The notes under the pieces were generated by a model. It was not told the DNA's origin and did not search any database. It saw only the letters and a list, made by a program, of their open reading frames with translations. From a virus (taxonomy: Duplodnaviria; Caudoviricetes), in the IMG/VR virus record IMGVR_UViG_3300012940_000048, positions 1 through 43,647 of that record: DNA of 43,647 nt. The stretch is one strand, 5' to 3'. Positions within the stretch are counted from its first letter, which is position 1. Each line of letters opens with the position of its first letter. Made by a program: the position numbers and the translations under genes. Shown piece by piece: positions 34,226 through 43,098 of the stretch.

Positions 34226-34896
34226 TTGGAAGTACCCGGATTGGATAGAAGAGTTCCGAAGGGATAGTAATAACGATTGTCGCCGGGGTTGTTATAACCT
34301 CGCGCCATAAGCCAATCAGGGATCGACTCGAACCGTTCACTCCCCTCATTCGCCGCTTCCACTCGCGCGGAAAGAATAAGATCGTTAGCCTGCTCCACAA
34401 GCCAATTCGCCCTCTGCGCTTTTCCCGTCAGAGGCATCACAATGTTTGCGGCTAGGCCATAAGCGACGGCCATCTGCAATTCACTCTCCCACCGCGTCAC
34501 CGCATAGTTTCGGAAAGTGTAGCAGAGGGTAGCCTGCTCTACATTAGTGTTCAGCGCTTTAACCCCGCCTTGATACGAGGACAAGGAAAAAGACGCAAAG
34601 TTGGTGAGGTATCGGGGGTGCAGCATATCAGCAGGACAGCTATATGCGATAGCGTAGCCGGGCTCCGGATCGGCCTCCGTCCAGTCCCCTGGCTGTTTCC
34701 TTGCAAGAACTGCAAGTCGTTTAAACATTTTACAGGAGGGCCAAGGCGCGGATGAAAGTACCTGGTCACGAATGACCGGATACCACAGCCGACAAACCTC
34801 AGCCCCCCTGTCGCGCTCGCTCGTGGACGAAAGTTGGTCTCGCTTTCCAATCGCGTTGAGGGCTAGATTGAAAATTCCGACTTCATCTTGGACCAC
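34222..34896 (-). CDS. Tail tubular protein A (adaptor)
   Basis: IFNLALNAIG N-terminus; synteny. Confidence 0.85.
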   Translation of the reverse strand: MVQDEVGIFNLALNAIGKRDQLSSTSERDRGAEVCRLWYPVIRDQVLSSAPWPSCKMFKRLAVLARKQPGDWTEADPEPGYAIAYSCPADMLHPRYLTNFASFSLSSYQGGVKALNTNVEQATLCYTFRNYAVTRWESELQMAVAYGLAANIVMPLTGKAQRANWLVEQANDLILSARVEAANEGSERFESIPDWLMARGYNNPGDNRYYYPFGTLLSNPGTSK

Positions 34897-34908
34897 GAGC
34901 GTCGCTCC

Positions 34909-35070
34909 TTACTTCTTGCCCTTCGGCTCATCTTCCTTATTCTCGTCAAGGATTTTAGCCGTCTTCGGCAGCTTATCCTCCCACGAGTCAGGGAAGTTGT
35001 GAGGGGAGTGGCTCGCCTGATAAAGCGAGCCGTCCGGCGCAAACCAGTTGTTGAACAACTTGACCTGCAT
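34909..35070 (-). CDS. Small hypothetical protein (53 aa)
   Basis: MQVKLFNNWFAPDG...PKGKK; GGAG RBS; TGATG coupling. Confidence 0.7.
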   Translation of the reverse strand: MQVKLFNNWFAPDGSLYQASHSPHNFPDSWEDKLPKTAKILDENKEDEPKGKK

Positions 35071-35525
35071 CAGTTTGCTCCCTCAGGGTACGCCCGCCAT
35101 CCATGCGGATCGAGCGTCAGGCCGGACGTCAGATCACCGTCGGTGAAGGTGCCAACCACCACGGCCTGAAGGCCGAGATAGCGTTTGTACGCCGGTCCCT
35201 CGACCGGGACAGACTGCATGTGGGCGAGTTTGCCGGCCGTAAGCTGCGCAAGCGGAATGACTCCCGTCTGCGCATGGATGGTCGGGGCCGACAGCGTGTC
35301 GCTGTCACTCGACACGAGCTGGACATTGACGGAAGTGCCACCGGCGGCTGCGTCGCCCACGGCAACATACCAGAAAATTTCCCGGCCATTGCCAATGTCA
35401 CGAAGGCCGCCGAGGCCAGAGCCGCCGAGCGACCGCAGGTCCACGACATCGCCGAAGGCAGCGGTGCCGGCGCTTCCGGGGATAGCTACGCCATCCACGA
35501 ACTCAGTGCGTTCATCCAAAATCAT
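35070..35525 (-). CDS. Capsid cement/decoration protein (Bbp16-like)
   Basis: MILD start; KRYLGL; beta-rich; directly after the major capsid gene. Confidence 0.85.
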   Translation of the reverse strand: MILDERTEFVDGVAIPGSAGTAAFGDVVDLRSLGGSGLGGLRDIGNGREIFWYVAVGDAAAGGTSVNVQLVSSDSDTLSAPTIHAQTGVIPLAQLTAGKLAHMQSVPVEGPAYKRYLGLQAVVVGTFTDGDLTSGLTLDPHGWRAYPEGAN

Positions 35526-35536
35526 AGCTGATCTCC

Positions 35537-36544
35537 TTAGGAAACGAGGGCTTCGTCAGCCGCGAGGGCATCGACGCAACGGAGGGGAATGCCATGGAAC
35601 ATCATGACGGGAATGCCGCCGACCTGTTCGATGGTGAGAGTCGAGTTCTTCACGGCCTTGGCGGACTGCTGCCGCACTTTCGTGCGAACACCCCGGCTCA
35701 TGTAGAACGCGGCTCGGCCAGCCGTCAGGTTCGGAATACGCTCGATCGCCTCGAACATCAGATCGGGCAGGTTCGGGCCGCCGTCTGCCGGATCAGCCTT
35801 CACTGCCGTTTTCGAGATGTTCGGGATGCGAACGATATAACGCCAATCGCGAACGGAAAGACCAGCGTCCCAACGATAGTGGGTGCGATAAGCCTCCATT
35901 CGACCGCCATTGCCGTCAACGTTCTCGATCGTCACCTGCCCCTTGTCTTCCTGCTGAAGACCGGCGACTGAGCCCTTGGGAACGATACCGTGGACAGTGT
36001 TCGGACCCCATACGACGAGCCAGATGGACTGGTTGTCGGTGGCGCCTCCGCTGGTGGCTGCGGGGATAATGTTGTCCCCGTTGGCAGCGGAGAGGGAATT
36101 GAAACGCGGTGCAAGGCCGGTAAAGGCTTCGGGCTGCGATCCCTCGTTACCGAACAGCAGTGTACGCTGAATGGTCTGGTTCATTCCCTCGAGGTGAGGC
36201 CGATCTTCCGACAGGCGCCATTCAGCGGTATTGCCGTTCAGGTCCGCAAGTGCCTTGTCCACCTCGGCGTACGCTTCGAGCATACCCGTGTTGTCGGTGA
36301 TCTGAGCGGTCGTAGACTTGGTAGGCTGAACGCCGCCATAGAGCTTGCGCCAAGTCGGTTCAGGGATACCGGTACGCACAGTTGTGCGATGGCCGGTGGG
36401 GAGGTTGCCCTCGATCCAAGACATGTCCATGAGCATCTCATTGGTCTCGTTGAGAAGCTCGACAATATCAGCGATCTTGTTGTCAGGGTCAAGCCGCTTG
36501 GCCAAGTCAAGCAGCGTCGGGTTTGCCGCGGAAAGCACAGGCAT
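35537..36544 (-). CDS. Major capsid protein (BPP-1-like)
   Basis: NPTLLD; GNLPTGH; EAFTGLAPRF; VRDWRY. Confidence 0.93.
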   Translation of the reverse strand: MPVLSAANPTLLDLAKRLDPDNKIADIVELLNETNEMLMDMSWIEGNLPTGHRTTVRTGIPEPTWRKLYGGVQPTKSTTAQITDNTGMLEAYAEVDKALADLNGNTAEWRLSEDRPHLEGMNQTIQRTLLFGNEGSQPEAFTGLAPRFNSLSAANGDNIIPAATSGGATDNQSIWLVVWGPNTVHGIVPKGSVAGLQQEDKGQVTIENVDGNGGRMEAYRTHYRWDAGLSVRDWRYIVRIPNISKTAVKADPADGGPNLPDLMFEAIERIPNLTAGRAAFYMSRGVRTKVRQQSAKAVKNSTLTIEQVGGIPVMMFHGIPLRCVDALAADEALVS

Positions 36545-36546
36545 GG

Positions 36547-37149
36547 TTAGGCTCCTTTAGCCATTGATGGATAGAGTCGTTCTGCCGCCGACTGGGCTGG
36601 TGCGGCGGGCTGGCCAGAAACAAAGCCCCCTTCCGTCAGCGCTTTGGCGATATTGGCACAGAACTTAATGACGTGGACGTTATTGCCCGCGCCAGTAAGG
36701 TCCATGACAGCACGAAGCTCGGGGGTACCAAACTGGTCCACGAGCTTGCCAATAGCGGCAAGATTAGTTTCGAGCTTTGCCCCTCCAATGTCGGGGTCGG
36801 ATCGAACCTCGTCCTGCCACTGTGATTGCAGATCAGCCCAAGCTTGGCTACCCGTTTCCGAGGCCTCGCGCGACAGACGCGTCTGCAGATCCACCAGCTT
36901 CTGCGCTTGCTCGGCTGGCGAAAGGTTTCGGTCGTTCAGGATACCGAGGAATTCATCACGAGCCCCCTCGTTAACCGTCACGCCTTCTTCAAACTTCAGG
37001 GAAGATGCGTCGAGCGGAACAAACTCACCTTCGCCCGCAGGCTTCATTTCGGGCTGCTGCGAAACAAGCGACTTGGGGTCAGTCGTCGGAGTCTCCGAAG
37101 AGGTCGCCTCGGGCTGCGTCTGCTCTGGTGCGTTCGGCTCGATCGTCAT
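36547..37149 (-). CDS. Capsid scaffolding protein
   Basis: SDPDIGG; TGAGNN; C-terminal AERLYPSM. Confidence 0.8.
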   Translation of the reverse strand: MTIEPNAPEQTQPEATSSETPTTDPKSLVSQQPEMKPAGEGEFVPLDASSLKFEEGVTVNEGARDEFLGILNDRNLSPAEQAQKLVDLQTRLSREASETGSQAWADLQSQWQDEVRSDPDIGGAKLETNLAAIGKLVDQFGTPELRAVMDLTGAGNNVHVIKFCANIAKALTEGGFVSGQPAAPAQSAAERLYPSMAKGA

Positions 37150-37441
37150 CTGCTTTCTCCTGCATCATCCGCACATAACCGGCGGGATCAACTGCAATAA
37201 TGTGGGAAAGGATTTTCTGTCCCACGTTGAGTTCCCCACAGTTGAAAGATGTCTGTAGGGCATTTGTCATGAAAGGCTGCAAACCGACTCGACCAATCTG
37301 CAGTAACCACCAAAGATATTCTCGACCCCGAGGGGAGGCAAGGAGGTCTCTGAGGGCTTGGTCTATTTCAGCTTGTCGAACCTTCTCCTTTTCTTTCTGC
37401 TTGCGCAAGAGGCGCTTTTGTTCCTTGTCATCATCTATCAT
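37079..37441 (-). CDS. Bbp19-like conserved head-module protein
   Basis: PRGREYLWWLL; FNCGELNVG; between portal and scaffold. Confidence 0.75.
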   Translation of the reverse strand: MIDDDKEQKRLLRKQKEKEKVRQAEIDQALRDLLASPRGREYLWWLLQIGRVGLQPFMTNALQTSFNCGELNVGQKILSHIIAVDPAGYVRMMQEKADDDRAERTRADAARGDLFGDSDD

Positions 37442-37594
37442 GGTTTGGTCCCTTTGTAAAGGTATGGCTCACGTTACTCGGGCGCTTCAGAATTTTTGCA
37501 GGGGCCCGCGAATGGGTGACTGCCAGTTATCCGCCTTTACCCCGGTGGGTGTCCCCGGCGGCCTTGCGGCCGCCGTGTGTGACCCACTGGTCGG

Positions 37595-37623
37595 GATTAA
37601 ATGGCGGCTAATCTGTCCGTCAA
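37595..37623 (-). promoter_or_regulatory. Sigma70-type promoter for capsid genes
   Basis: On the - strand, TTGACG-N16-TTTAAT (or N17-TTAATC). Confidence 0.6.
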
Positions 37624-37827
37624 TACCCCCATTCTTCCCCTATCAAAATTTCATCGCGCCTCGTTCAGACGAGTTCTCGAAGCTCCTCTTCGCGAAGTGT
37701 AAAGTATTTGGTTCCGGGACAGGCCCTGCACCAGTACACGATCAATCCGCCATTCACATCAACTCCCCTGACCTTTAGAAAACGAGTGGAGCCGATCATT
37801 CCGACGAGCTGGTCGATAGAGTATTTC

Positions 37828-37862
37828 GGTATGGCTTCATGCCGTTGACATAGGACCATATC
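37828..37862. repeat. 35-bp imperfect palindrome, copy 3
   Basis: GG-TATGG-cttc-ATG-ccgttga-CAT-agga-CCATA-TC. Confidence 0.8.
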
Positions 37863-39519
37863 AGCCCCCCATCAACATCTGCAGGGCATTCGCCCCTCCG
37901 CCGACATCGGTCTTCGAAAGCGTTTCCGCACCCTGCACCAGTGCATCACCCTGCACCATCGCCTCCTGCGCCTGCAGTCGTTCCTGCTCTTGCTGCCGCA
38001 GCATCGCCACTTCTTCCCTCGAGTTCATATCCCGGGCTTCTACCCCGATGGCTTCGCCGTAGTTCCGCAGCATCTCATCCCACTTCGGCAGGTTCAGCAC
38101 CCCTGGCTCCACCGCCGCCAGATTACCGATCAGCCCGACCCACCGTTCCACCGGAATAGCAGAGACCGCCCGCTGCGCCGTGCTCAGCACCGACACGTAC
38201 TGAATTTCCAGAGGCCGGCCTTCGATCTCCGGAGGAGGAGGCGGAAGTAGCTGCATCCGCTGCATGATACTGAAGATGCGGTTGATAGACGGATCGAGCC
38301 CCTCGTTCTCGAACCGTTCCAACACACTTCCCAGTAGCACCAGTTTCTCTTCCCTTCGCGCATCGATCTCCGTCGCCGATCGCACCGTGTCAAGCTGTGA
38401 GAACATCGTGAAGAGAGGGTTGTGGAAGGTCTCGCGGATGCGCTCCTGCACCTGTTGAATGTCGAGCGTGACCGCATCGATCGGGAACTGCACCTGATAG
38501 ACGGGGCGGACTCCGATGTTGTTCATCCCCGCGACGTAGGTCACTCCGTTCGGCAGCATAGAGGTAGGCTGGTTGCGAAGCTGTATGTCCGCCAAGACCG
38601 GCGGATTAAGCATCTTGTCCAGCCCCTGCGCTTTCCGCTTCGTCTCATGCTGAAGCTGGATCACGTCAGGAAGGGCGTCCATGGCAGGCGAGGTACCGTA
38701 CGAATCATTCGCCGTCAGTTCCCACCGGGGGAAGATGCCAGGCATCTCGTTAAAGCCCCGCTGGGCCAGCACCGTCCCATCCGACTTACTCTTCTCCCAA
38801 TACGTTTCCCGCACCGGAAACCGCCTGTTCACCTTACCCTTCCCGTCATTATTCGGCTCGATCAGGTGACAGAGGTCAACGGGCTCGCGTAGCGCAGCCC
38901 CTCCCTTCTTCCACGCATTCCGCACCCTCTCGCTACAGTTCTCTTCACCGAACTGCGTTACCACCTGATGCACCGTCAGGGTGAATTGGCGACCGAAAGT
39001 GTTGACGGAAAGGCGGAAGTCTTGGCCGAGGTAGAACTCGCCAAGCGCGGGGTTATAGCATCGGAAGACGTTATCATCGTCCTCGTAGATAAGCATCGCG
39101 GCGGAGCCGAACACTACGAGGTCGAGATAGAGGACCGCCATAGCGTTATAGTAGTTGGTTTCCGCCATAACCTGCATCATCCTCCGAGCGACTTCATCGC
39201 ACCAGAGCTTCGCTTGTCCGTTCGGGTCCTCCGTAAAGCCGGGGACTCGCAGGGAAAACCACGGGCGTGAAGGCGAGGTGATGCCGTTCATCATCCCCGC
39301 CGCCAAAATCCTTGCTGCGGCCGTGCCCGTCCCGTCCAGAATGTGCGGGTTCTTTGCGTTCCGCACCCTCCGTTCCTTGTCGCTTTGCAGCCACACGTAC
39401 CGCTTCGGGAGAAAGAAGTCGGCGAGTTCACGCCACAGGTTCCAGAACGGAAGCCGATCCTTCTCCAGCCCCGCCATGGTCTGGCAGAGCAGCTTGTGAA
39501 ACTCGCCGTCGATCTTCAT
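37861..39519 (-). CDS. Portal (head-tail connector)
   Basis: GITSPSRPWF; YGTSPA; SATEI; LGSVLER. Confidence 0.93.
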   Translation of the reverse strand: MKIDGEFHKLLCQTMAGLEKDRLPFWNLWRELADFFLPKRYVWLQSDKERRVRNAKNPHILDGTGTAAARILAAGMMNGITSPSRPWFSLRVPGFTEDPNGQAKLWCDEVARRMMQVMAETNYYNAMAVLYLDLVVFGSAAMLIYEDDDNVFRCYNPALGEFYLGQDFRLSVNTFGRQFTLTVHQVVTQFGEENCSERVRNAWKKGGAALREPVDLCHLIEPNNDGKGKVNRRFPVRETYWEKSKSDGTVLAQRGFNEMPGIFPRWELTANDSYGTSPAMDALPDVIQLQHETKRKAQGLDKMLNPPVLADIQLRNQPTSMLPNGVTYVAGMNNIGVRPVYQVQFPIDAVTLDIQQVQERIRETFHNPLFTMFSQLDTVRSATEIDARREEKLVLLGSVLERFENEGLDPSINRIFSIMQRMQLLPPPPPEIEGRPLEIQYVSVLSTAQRAVSAIPVERWVGLIGNLAAVEPGVLNLPKWDEMLRNYGEAIGVEARDMNSREEVAMLRQQEQERLQAQEAMVQGDALVQGAETLSKTDVGGGANALQMLMGG

Positions 39520-39704
39520 CAGTTACCACCAATCAGGGAAGTCTTTTGCGTGCGGGGTTTACGGGACAGGCCCTGGGCCCCTGTGGAAATCAGGGACGAG
39601 GCGCCGGTGGGACGTTCCGGCTCAGCTTCGGGAGATGCTTCTGCCTGGATCGGGGTGTTCGCCTGCGGCGGGGGCGCCTTCGGCTTTGAGGGAAATAAGC
39701 TCAT
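39519..39704 (-). CDS. Small Pro-rich virion-associated protein
   Basis: KPKAPPP...SLIGG; typical pre-portal gene, coupled on both sides. Confidence 0.7.
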   Translation of the reverse strand: MSLFPSKPKAPPPQANTPIQAEASPEAEPERPTGASSLISTGAQGLSRKPRTQKTSLIGGN

Positions 39705-41203
39705 GCGTAGTTCTCCTTTCTATACTCTGCGTAGGGGTCGTAGTCATCGAGTACCACAGGCTTTTGCATATCCTCTTCAGTACTCCCAGGCACTACCTCG
39801 TAATGAGGGAAAGCGAAGGTACAGGCAAGGGCGTCCGCCACGTTAGGACTTTTCACGCCCCTCCTTCTCATATCCTTCTTCCCCTCCAGTTGTATCTCTT
39901 CCTTTTTATTGTGGTCGTAAGTCGGAGCGGTAAGCTCGTCAACGAGAGTGATGTCCTCATCCACCCGAATATCCGGAATGGAGCCGGTGCGAAGCCAGTC
40001 CCGCATAGCCCCCCAAATCTCCGCCCGCTTATTCGCGTACTTCACCCCGTTATCCACGACACTGAACCCGTCCGGCTTGGAGCCGAAGTCCACGCCGATC
40101 ACGTTGATGCGGAGTTGGCGAAGCCTGTCAACCACACCACCACCCACACCGCCCTCATCAACCAGCGCCACGACCGCCCGATGTCGGAGCATGGACGCCG
40201 CGATCCGCCCCGCAAACGTCATCGTGTCCATGCCTGGATAAATCTCAATGGGACGGGAAGAGGCGTCGCGTCCGCAGCGAGGGTAGATGACCGAGGGGTC
40301 GTCACCGAACCGGCCCACGTCACAGCCCAGCACCACCACCCCAATGTTCCCATCCAGCTCGCGTCCGACCGCTTCCTTCGCCAGCGAGTAGCTGATGAAA
40401 CTTTCCGCATCGATCCGGGGGAATACGCCCCTGACACGAACTCGGACGAAGTCACTATCCTCCCCGTAGTCCTCCACCCACCGAGCGATCTGCACCTTGT
40501 CGGTGATCGAGACCTCCCGGGAGTCCACCGCCTTCGCCGACCAGCGATGAGCGAACTTTCCGCCCTCAAAACATTCCCGAAACCGCCCTTTGTTCCTCGT
40601 CGGGTTCCCGAACACGCACCAGATAATCTGCGTGTCCTTGTCCGTGAGGGCGCCCTCGGTCGTTTCCCAGATGATGTCGGGAATGGCGGAGGCCTCATCG
40701 AAGACAACGAGGATGCGTTTGCCCTGGTTGTGGAGGCCGGCGAACGCCTCCGTGTTCCTTTCCGACCACGGCACCATGTCGATCCGCCACGTCCGCTCAT
40801 GTTCCGGATCGGCGCTGAAGAGTGCGGTGGCAGTCATCTTGAACATGTGCTTGGCGATGAAGAGGCGATACCACTTCGCCAACTCCACCCACGTCTTCGT
40901 CTTCAGCTGGTTCTCCGTATTCGCCGTGACCACCCCGCGCGTGTCCTCGTAAGTGGAGATGGCCCAAAGGATAATCCAGCTAACGCAGGCAGATTTGCCA
41001 ATTCCGTGGCCGGAGGTCCGGGCGAGTTGGATAGCTTCACTGGCGGAATAGACGCCTTTGCCCAAATCCTCCAATAGCGTTATCTGCCAATGTTCCGGGC
41101 CGAGAGCGTCGGCGAGTTCGCCCGGCTCGCCCCACGGAAAGGCGAAGAGAACGAACCCAAGGGGATCGTCTGAGAACGTCGCGAGTTCCTCGATCAGGTC
41201 CAC
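39701..41203 (-). CDS. terL: Terminase large subunit
   Basis: SGHGIGKS; VFDEAS; FGNPTR; GCDVGRFGDD; SPNVADAL. Confidence 0.95.
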   Translation of the reverse strand: MDLIEELATFSDDPLGFVLFAFPWGEPGELADALGPEHWQITLLEDLGKGVYSASEAIQLARTSGHGIGKSACVSWIILWAISTYEDTRGVVTANTENQLKTKTWVELAKWYRLFIAKHMFKMTATALFSADPEHERTWRIDMVPWSERNTEAFAGLHNQGKRILVVFDEASAIPDIIWETTEGALTDKDTQIIWCVFGNPTRNKGRFRECFEGGKFAHRWSAKAVDSREVSITDKVQIARWVEDYGEDSDFVRVRVRGVFPRIDAESFISYSLAKEAVGRELDGNIGVVVLGCDVGRFGDDPSVIYPRCGRDASSRPIEIYPGMDTMTFAGRIAASMLRHRAVVALVDEGGVGGGVVDRLRQLRINVIGVDFGSKPDGFSVVDNGVKYANKRAEIWGAMRDWLRTGSIPDIRVDEDITLVDELTAPTYDHNKKEEIQLEGKKDMRRRGVKSPNVADALACTFAFPHYEVVPGSTEEDMQKPVVLDDYDPYAEYRKENYA

Positions 41204-41206
41204 GAG

Positions 41207-41605
41207 TTAACCCGCCTTCAGCGCCGCAATGACGTCTTCGAGGGTAGACTCGGAGGTAAGGGCCGCGATGGCCGTGTTACGGGCGAGGGCTGCCCCGAGG
41301 ACGGCGGGGAACGTAGTGGCATTGATGAGGCGGCCGGCCGTAGACGTCCCCGTTGTCATCTCAGCCGCTGCTCCTACAGTATACGTGGTGTTGGTGTCAG
41401 CGGCCCACGCAATCCCCCCGTCCGCCTGAACTTTAGGGACAAACCCCGTCGTCACCCCGTCCGTGGGGGGAAGCTGCGGACCGACCTGCGAAAGCGAGTA
41501 GATGAGATTGACCATCTTGATCTGCTCGGGCAGGGGGCCGGCGAAGTCCGCCATGAGCTGCTCGACACTGCGAAGCGTTGGAGTGGGGGTGAATGGGTTA
41601 GCCAT
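41207..41605 (-). CDS. Hypothetical protein, possibly a head fibre or decoration protein
   Basis: GGAG RBS; Thr/Ala-rich; ADTNTTY; C-terminal VIAALKAG. Confidence 0.7.
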   Translation of the reverse strand: MANPFTPTPTLRSVEQLMADFAGPLPEQIKMVNLIYSLSQVGPQLPPTDGVTTGFVPKVQADGGIAWAADTNTTYTVGAAAEMTTGTSTAGRLINATTFPAVLGAALARNTAIAALTSESTLEDVIAALKAG

Positions 41606-42179
41606 TTTTATCTCCTTCGATGACGGGGGCGTAACGCCGCTCCTTCACCCGCTTCCGGGCCTCTTCCAGCCGGTTCGCGAGATCAACGTTAACGTTCAGA
41701 TTTGTGGAGGTGGACTGAGGGCCGAAGCCGGTGCGGTCCGCCCCCATCTTCAGCACCTCAATCAACTGCCCGACCGAGATCTTTTCCGACTCTTCTTCCA
41801 GCCGCTCGCTAAGCACGGCGGCGGCCTCCATCGAGAGCCCGTACATGCGCTCGTGCAGTCCCCGCGTCTCCCGCGTGATGTCTTGGCGGTAGAACTCGAC
41901 GAGTTCCTTGAACGTGGGATCGGCTTGGAGGATGCTGACGCGGGAGATGTCGTAGCCGCAGATGAGCGCGGCCTCGGACACCGTAGTCCCCGCCGCAAGC
42001 TGCCGTGCCAGCGCATGGTGCCGTTCGCTAATCCGCTTAATCGGCGAGGGCGTCGAGCCCTTTTCTTCCGCGACCAGCACGCCCAAATCCGTCTCATCCA
42101 GTTCCCGCACAACCTCCGCCGAGACCGCCCTCGCCTTCCGTCCGCGGACTGGTATGTCATCGAGTAGGTAATCGAGCAT
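41598..42179 (-). CDS. Putative terminase small subunit
   Basis: AAAGGA RBS then ATG 42179; HTH-like N-terminal half; helical core; first late gene. Confidence 0.65.
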   Translation of the reverse strand: MLDYLLDDIPVRGRKARAVSAEVVRELDETDLGVLVAEEKGSTPSPIKRISERHHALARQLAAGTTVSEAALICGYDISRVSILQADPTFKELVEFYRQDITRETRGLHERMYGLSMEAAAVLSERLEEESEKISVGQLIEVLKMGADRTGFGPQSTSTNLNVNVDLANRLEEARKRVKERRYAPVIEGDKNG

Positions 42180-42476
42180 GGGACCATATCCTTTCTTCCG
42201 TACGCTAGCACGCGCGCGCCTGAGAGTCAATGGCTTCCCCATATGGTTCTGAGCCATACCTCAGTTTTTCCCACAAAATATAGAGAGGGCTAGGGCCTGG
42301 GGGAGGCGGGGGCCGGTCGTCGAACCCCCCGCCCTTCGGCGCGGAATGAGATAGGGGGTGGAGGGGCCTCGGCCATGCGCAAGCGCAAGTGAGTCACGGC
42401 CTTTGGCCTAGGGCATGGGGCGAAAGAATGTGATAGAGCTGAGTCAAACAACGAAATAATGTTGCTCACAAAGGGC

Positions 42477-42505
42477 TTGCAGCCGAAGCGAAAGCGAGCC
42501 ATATT
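42477..42505 (+). promoter_or_regulatory. Early sigma70-type promoter (alphaproteobacterial style)
   Basis: cTTGCAG-N17-CATATT upstream of the GGAGG RBS of 42531. Confidence 0.7.
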
Positions 42506-42530
42506 AAGGGCATAGGAAACGGAGGTTGAT

Positions 42531-42719
42531 ATGAAAGCTTACATGATAACGACGGGTCGGCAATGGCGGGATCTGGAATGCCAGATCATAGTGCATGACG
42601 CTGCACAAGCGAAGCGGATAGCGAAAGAATTGCGCGCCCTTGGCTGCGAACAGGTTAAGGTTAGGGAATTTACGTCAGAAGCTGAAGCTTACGAATGGCT
42701 GGAAAGGGCGACGGCATGA
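42531..42719 (+). CDS. Hypothetical early protein
   Basis: GGAGG RBS, 62 aa. Confidence 0.8.
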   Translation: MKAYMITTGRQWRDLECQIIVHDAAQAKRIAKELRALGCEQVKVREFTSEAEAYEWLERATA

Positions 42720-42814
42720 GCGCGATTGTGGCATCGGCGATGCTTCGCCACGAAAAAGGCGAGTTGACGTGGGAACAGTTTCTCGCGATACTTAAATGGG
42801 CGATGGAGTTTTAA
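42716..42814 (+). CDS. Small hypothetical protein (32 aa)
   Basis: ATGA overlap; MSAIVASAMLRHEKGELTWEQFLAILKWAMEF. Confidence 0.55.
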   Translation: MSAIVASAMLRHEKGELTWEQFLAILKWAMEF

Positions 42815-42816
42815 CC

Positions 42817-43020
42817 ATGTATATTCTTTGTGTAGTGATACCGGAAGGCGATAAGCGAATTGTTCGTTATGTAGGGCGGACTAAAGGATCCGTTATGCAG
42901 CATATTCCCGGAAATTGCCTCGCATGGCGATTGCATGACGGCAAAGACTGGTGTGACGGCACGGAAAATGCGTGGAAATGGATCGTGAATGAGTATGGTC
43001 CAGCCGAAATAGTGCAATAG
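42817..43020 (+). CDS. Hypothetical early protein
   Basis: GGAG RBS, ATG 42817. Confidence 0.7.
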   Translation: MYILCVVIPEGDKRIVRYVGRTKGSVMQHIPGNCLAWRLHDGKDWCDGTENAWKWIVNEYGPAEIVQ

Positions 43021-43081
43021 CCGAAACGGGCTTCGGCCCGTCCCAAGCGACTAGCCGCGCTTGGCTGATGATGGCAGGCTA
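43020..43081 (+). ncRNA. Type II hammerhead ribozyme with pseudoknot (HH-B)
   Basis: Stem II GCC43020-22/GGC43073-75; GAAA; stem III CGGGC-UUCG-GCCCG; GUC ending at C43042; stem I CCAAGCG/CGCUUGG; CUGAUGA 43065-71 plus extra U; loop UAGCC 43052-56 pairs with GGCUA 43077-81. Confidence 0.9.
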
Positions 43082-43098
43082 ACAAACGGAGAAAGTAA

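Noticed and set aside
37665-37859. 64-aa minus-strand ORF after the portal
   Set aside because: Start lies inside the palindrome and RBS support is weak; a shorter ORF is possible but unsupported
39635-41077. 480-aa plus-strand ORF
   Set aside because: Antisense shadow of terL
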